Positions 62,521-64,000 of a DNA stretch of 64,000 nt are shown in pieces. The stretch is from Camelus ferus. Lineage: Eukaryota. The translations under genes and the position numbers were made by a program. Position 1 is the first letter of the stretch, and every line of letters begins with the position of its first letter. Where the stretch lies: positions 99,202,001 to 99,266,000 of the forward strand of contig NC_045697.1 in the NCBI RefSeq assembly GCF_009834535.1, in the 5' to 3' direction. The notes beneath the pieces were generated by a model. It saw only the letters and a list, made by a program, of their open reading frames with translations, did not search any database and had not been told where the DNA came from.

Positions 62521-62879
62521 TAATGATTTGAATACTGGCATAGTAAGCAGGAAGAATGACAACCACAAGGAAAAAAATAAATCATTACCAGGCCATGAAA
62601 GTTGAGTATTAATACTCAAACACACAGATGCATAAACACTAGCCTTTCTTGTATTGTGTTAGGAAGATCTTGTCTAAATGTGATTTATATTAAAATATTT
62701 GAAATTTTTAATTGATGCAAGCTCTTTTAGCCTGCAGACACGGTGTGATCATTTTTATCGAACTTGGTGTTGGTCAAATGACATGTGGGGTTTTGTATCC
62801 AGATCTGGGAATCTCTGGGAAAAAGACAGCATGTCAGAAAGAGGATAGCTTTGTGGCAAAGGGGCAGGTAATCATTCTA

Positions 62880-63207
62880 ATACAAGGAATAGTGGAAGGA
62901 ACTGGGAATGTCCAAGTTGGGAAAGAGAAAATGGAGAAACATGAAAGATTTTTGTTTGTTCTCTATGGAGAAAGGAGTAGGTTTACCCTGTGTCACAAGA
63001 GAAGAACAAGGTGGCCGTTGTATGGAAATAGATTTCAGATGAATGCAAGGGATAACACTCAAATCATTCCATATCCAAAAAATGAAAATGGATGACAAGC
63101 AAGGATTCATCTATCCTGACAAAGAACAGTTTTAGGGGAGAATCCTGCTCTTGGCAAGAGGTTGAACTGGGTGACCTTGACTGTCCTTTTTAACCATACA
63201 TTCTATA
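62880..63207 (+). mobile_element. L3/CR1 3' end
   Basis: 'ggaaatagatttcagatgaatgcaagg', 'gaggttgaactgggtgaccttgactgtcctttttaaccatacattctat'. Confidence 0.65.
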
Positions 63208-64000
63208 AAACGGCAATACATCCTGGCTCTATCAGCAATATACCTGTAATTTCAAAATAACCGATGATCCTGTTCAATTTACATGCCTGGAAATCTTAAG
63301 TTCTTGTTAAAATAATCACCAACTGTTTTTGCACATTGTGCTAGTTTTTGAGGAAGATTAAAGAAAATAAGACATGATCCTCTCATCTCTCCTATCCTCA
63401 AGGAGGCAAGGCAGCACCATGGTTTTCTGCACAATCAGCGACCTTTTATGAAACTGGGGCTTGATCCCACCTTGCCATTAATTAGGAAGCAGAAATCATT
63501 CAGAAATAGTTTTATTAACAATGGAGCTTTTAACATACCTTGAGGATCCAAAGGATTCCCCTGAGTTATGAAACCATAATAATAAAAGTGATATTGAAGG
63601 AGTGTTTAGAGTGTATCAGGTGCTCCACATTCTGGCTGCTCTGCTATAAGGAGATTATCAAAAATATTGAGAAGTTTTCTTTTTCAAATTTGTACCAATG
63701 ACACAATCATGATCACCAAAACCCCTCAGAGAACAGAGGAGGTTTCCATTTTCATAAGCAAGGGATAGTCGATGAGGTCATAGTGAGGAGGTTTCCAATT
63801 ACTTGTTGCTAAACCACTAGAAGTATCAATTTCACACACCAGAGATCCATTTCCACCTATTATTTATTATAAATGCTTCAGGGTAAAAATTAACTTTTAG
63901 ATCGATGTTTTACATTTTTTAAAATGATTTTTAAAAGCCCAAATGAAGGTCTTTGATTCTGTTTGGGGAAAAATAATCAACACTTAAAATCTTAAAAAGT

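Overview
This is mammalian (eutherian) genomic DNA, almost certainly from a camelid (alpaca, llama or camel). Five copies of the camelid tRNA-Ala-derived SINE (vic-1 type) are present, alongside pan-eutherian repeats: MIR, L2, L3/CR1, L1MA9/L1ME, HAL1, MLT1/MLT2/LTR33/LTR16-type LTRs, MER5A, MER3, MER53, MER2 and MADE2. I could not identify any protein-coding exon or structural RNA gene; the listed ORFs look like chance or repeat-derived frames. The window reads as intronic or 5'-regulatory sequence. All six LTRs I could orient and most L1-family pieces lie on the + strand. Several repeat-poor islands carry promoter motifs and minus-strand splice donors (about 58.3 kb, 42.0 kb and 20.2/19.6 kb). 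Together these suggest, by inference only, the 5' region of a large minus-strand gene with alternative first exons, which I cannot name. The most unusual directly visible structures are retrotransposition oddities: a TSD-flanked L1 5'-end-only insertion, and a target site apparently hit twice (an orphan polyadenylated insert plus an L1 with a likely 3' transduction). I see no evidence for a novel multi-gene system. Repeat names and boundaries come from visual recognition and are approximate.
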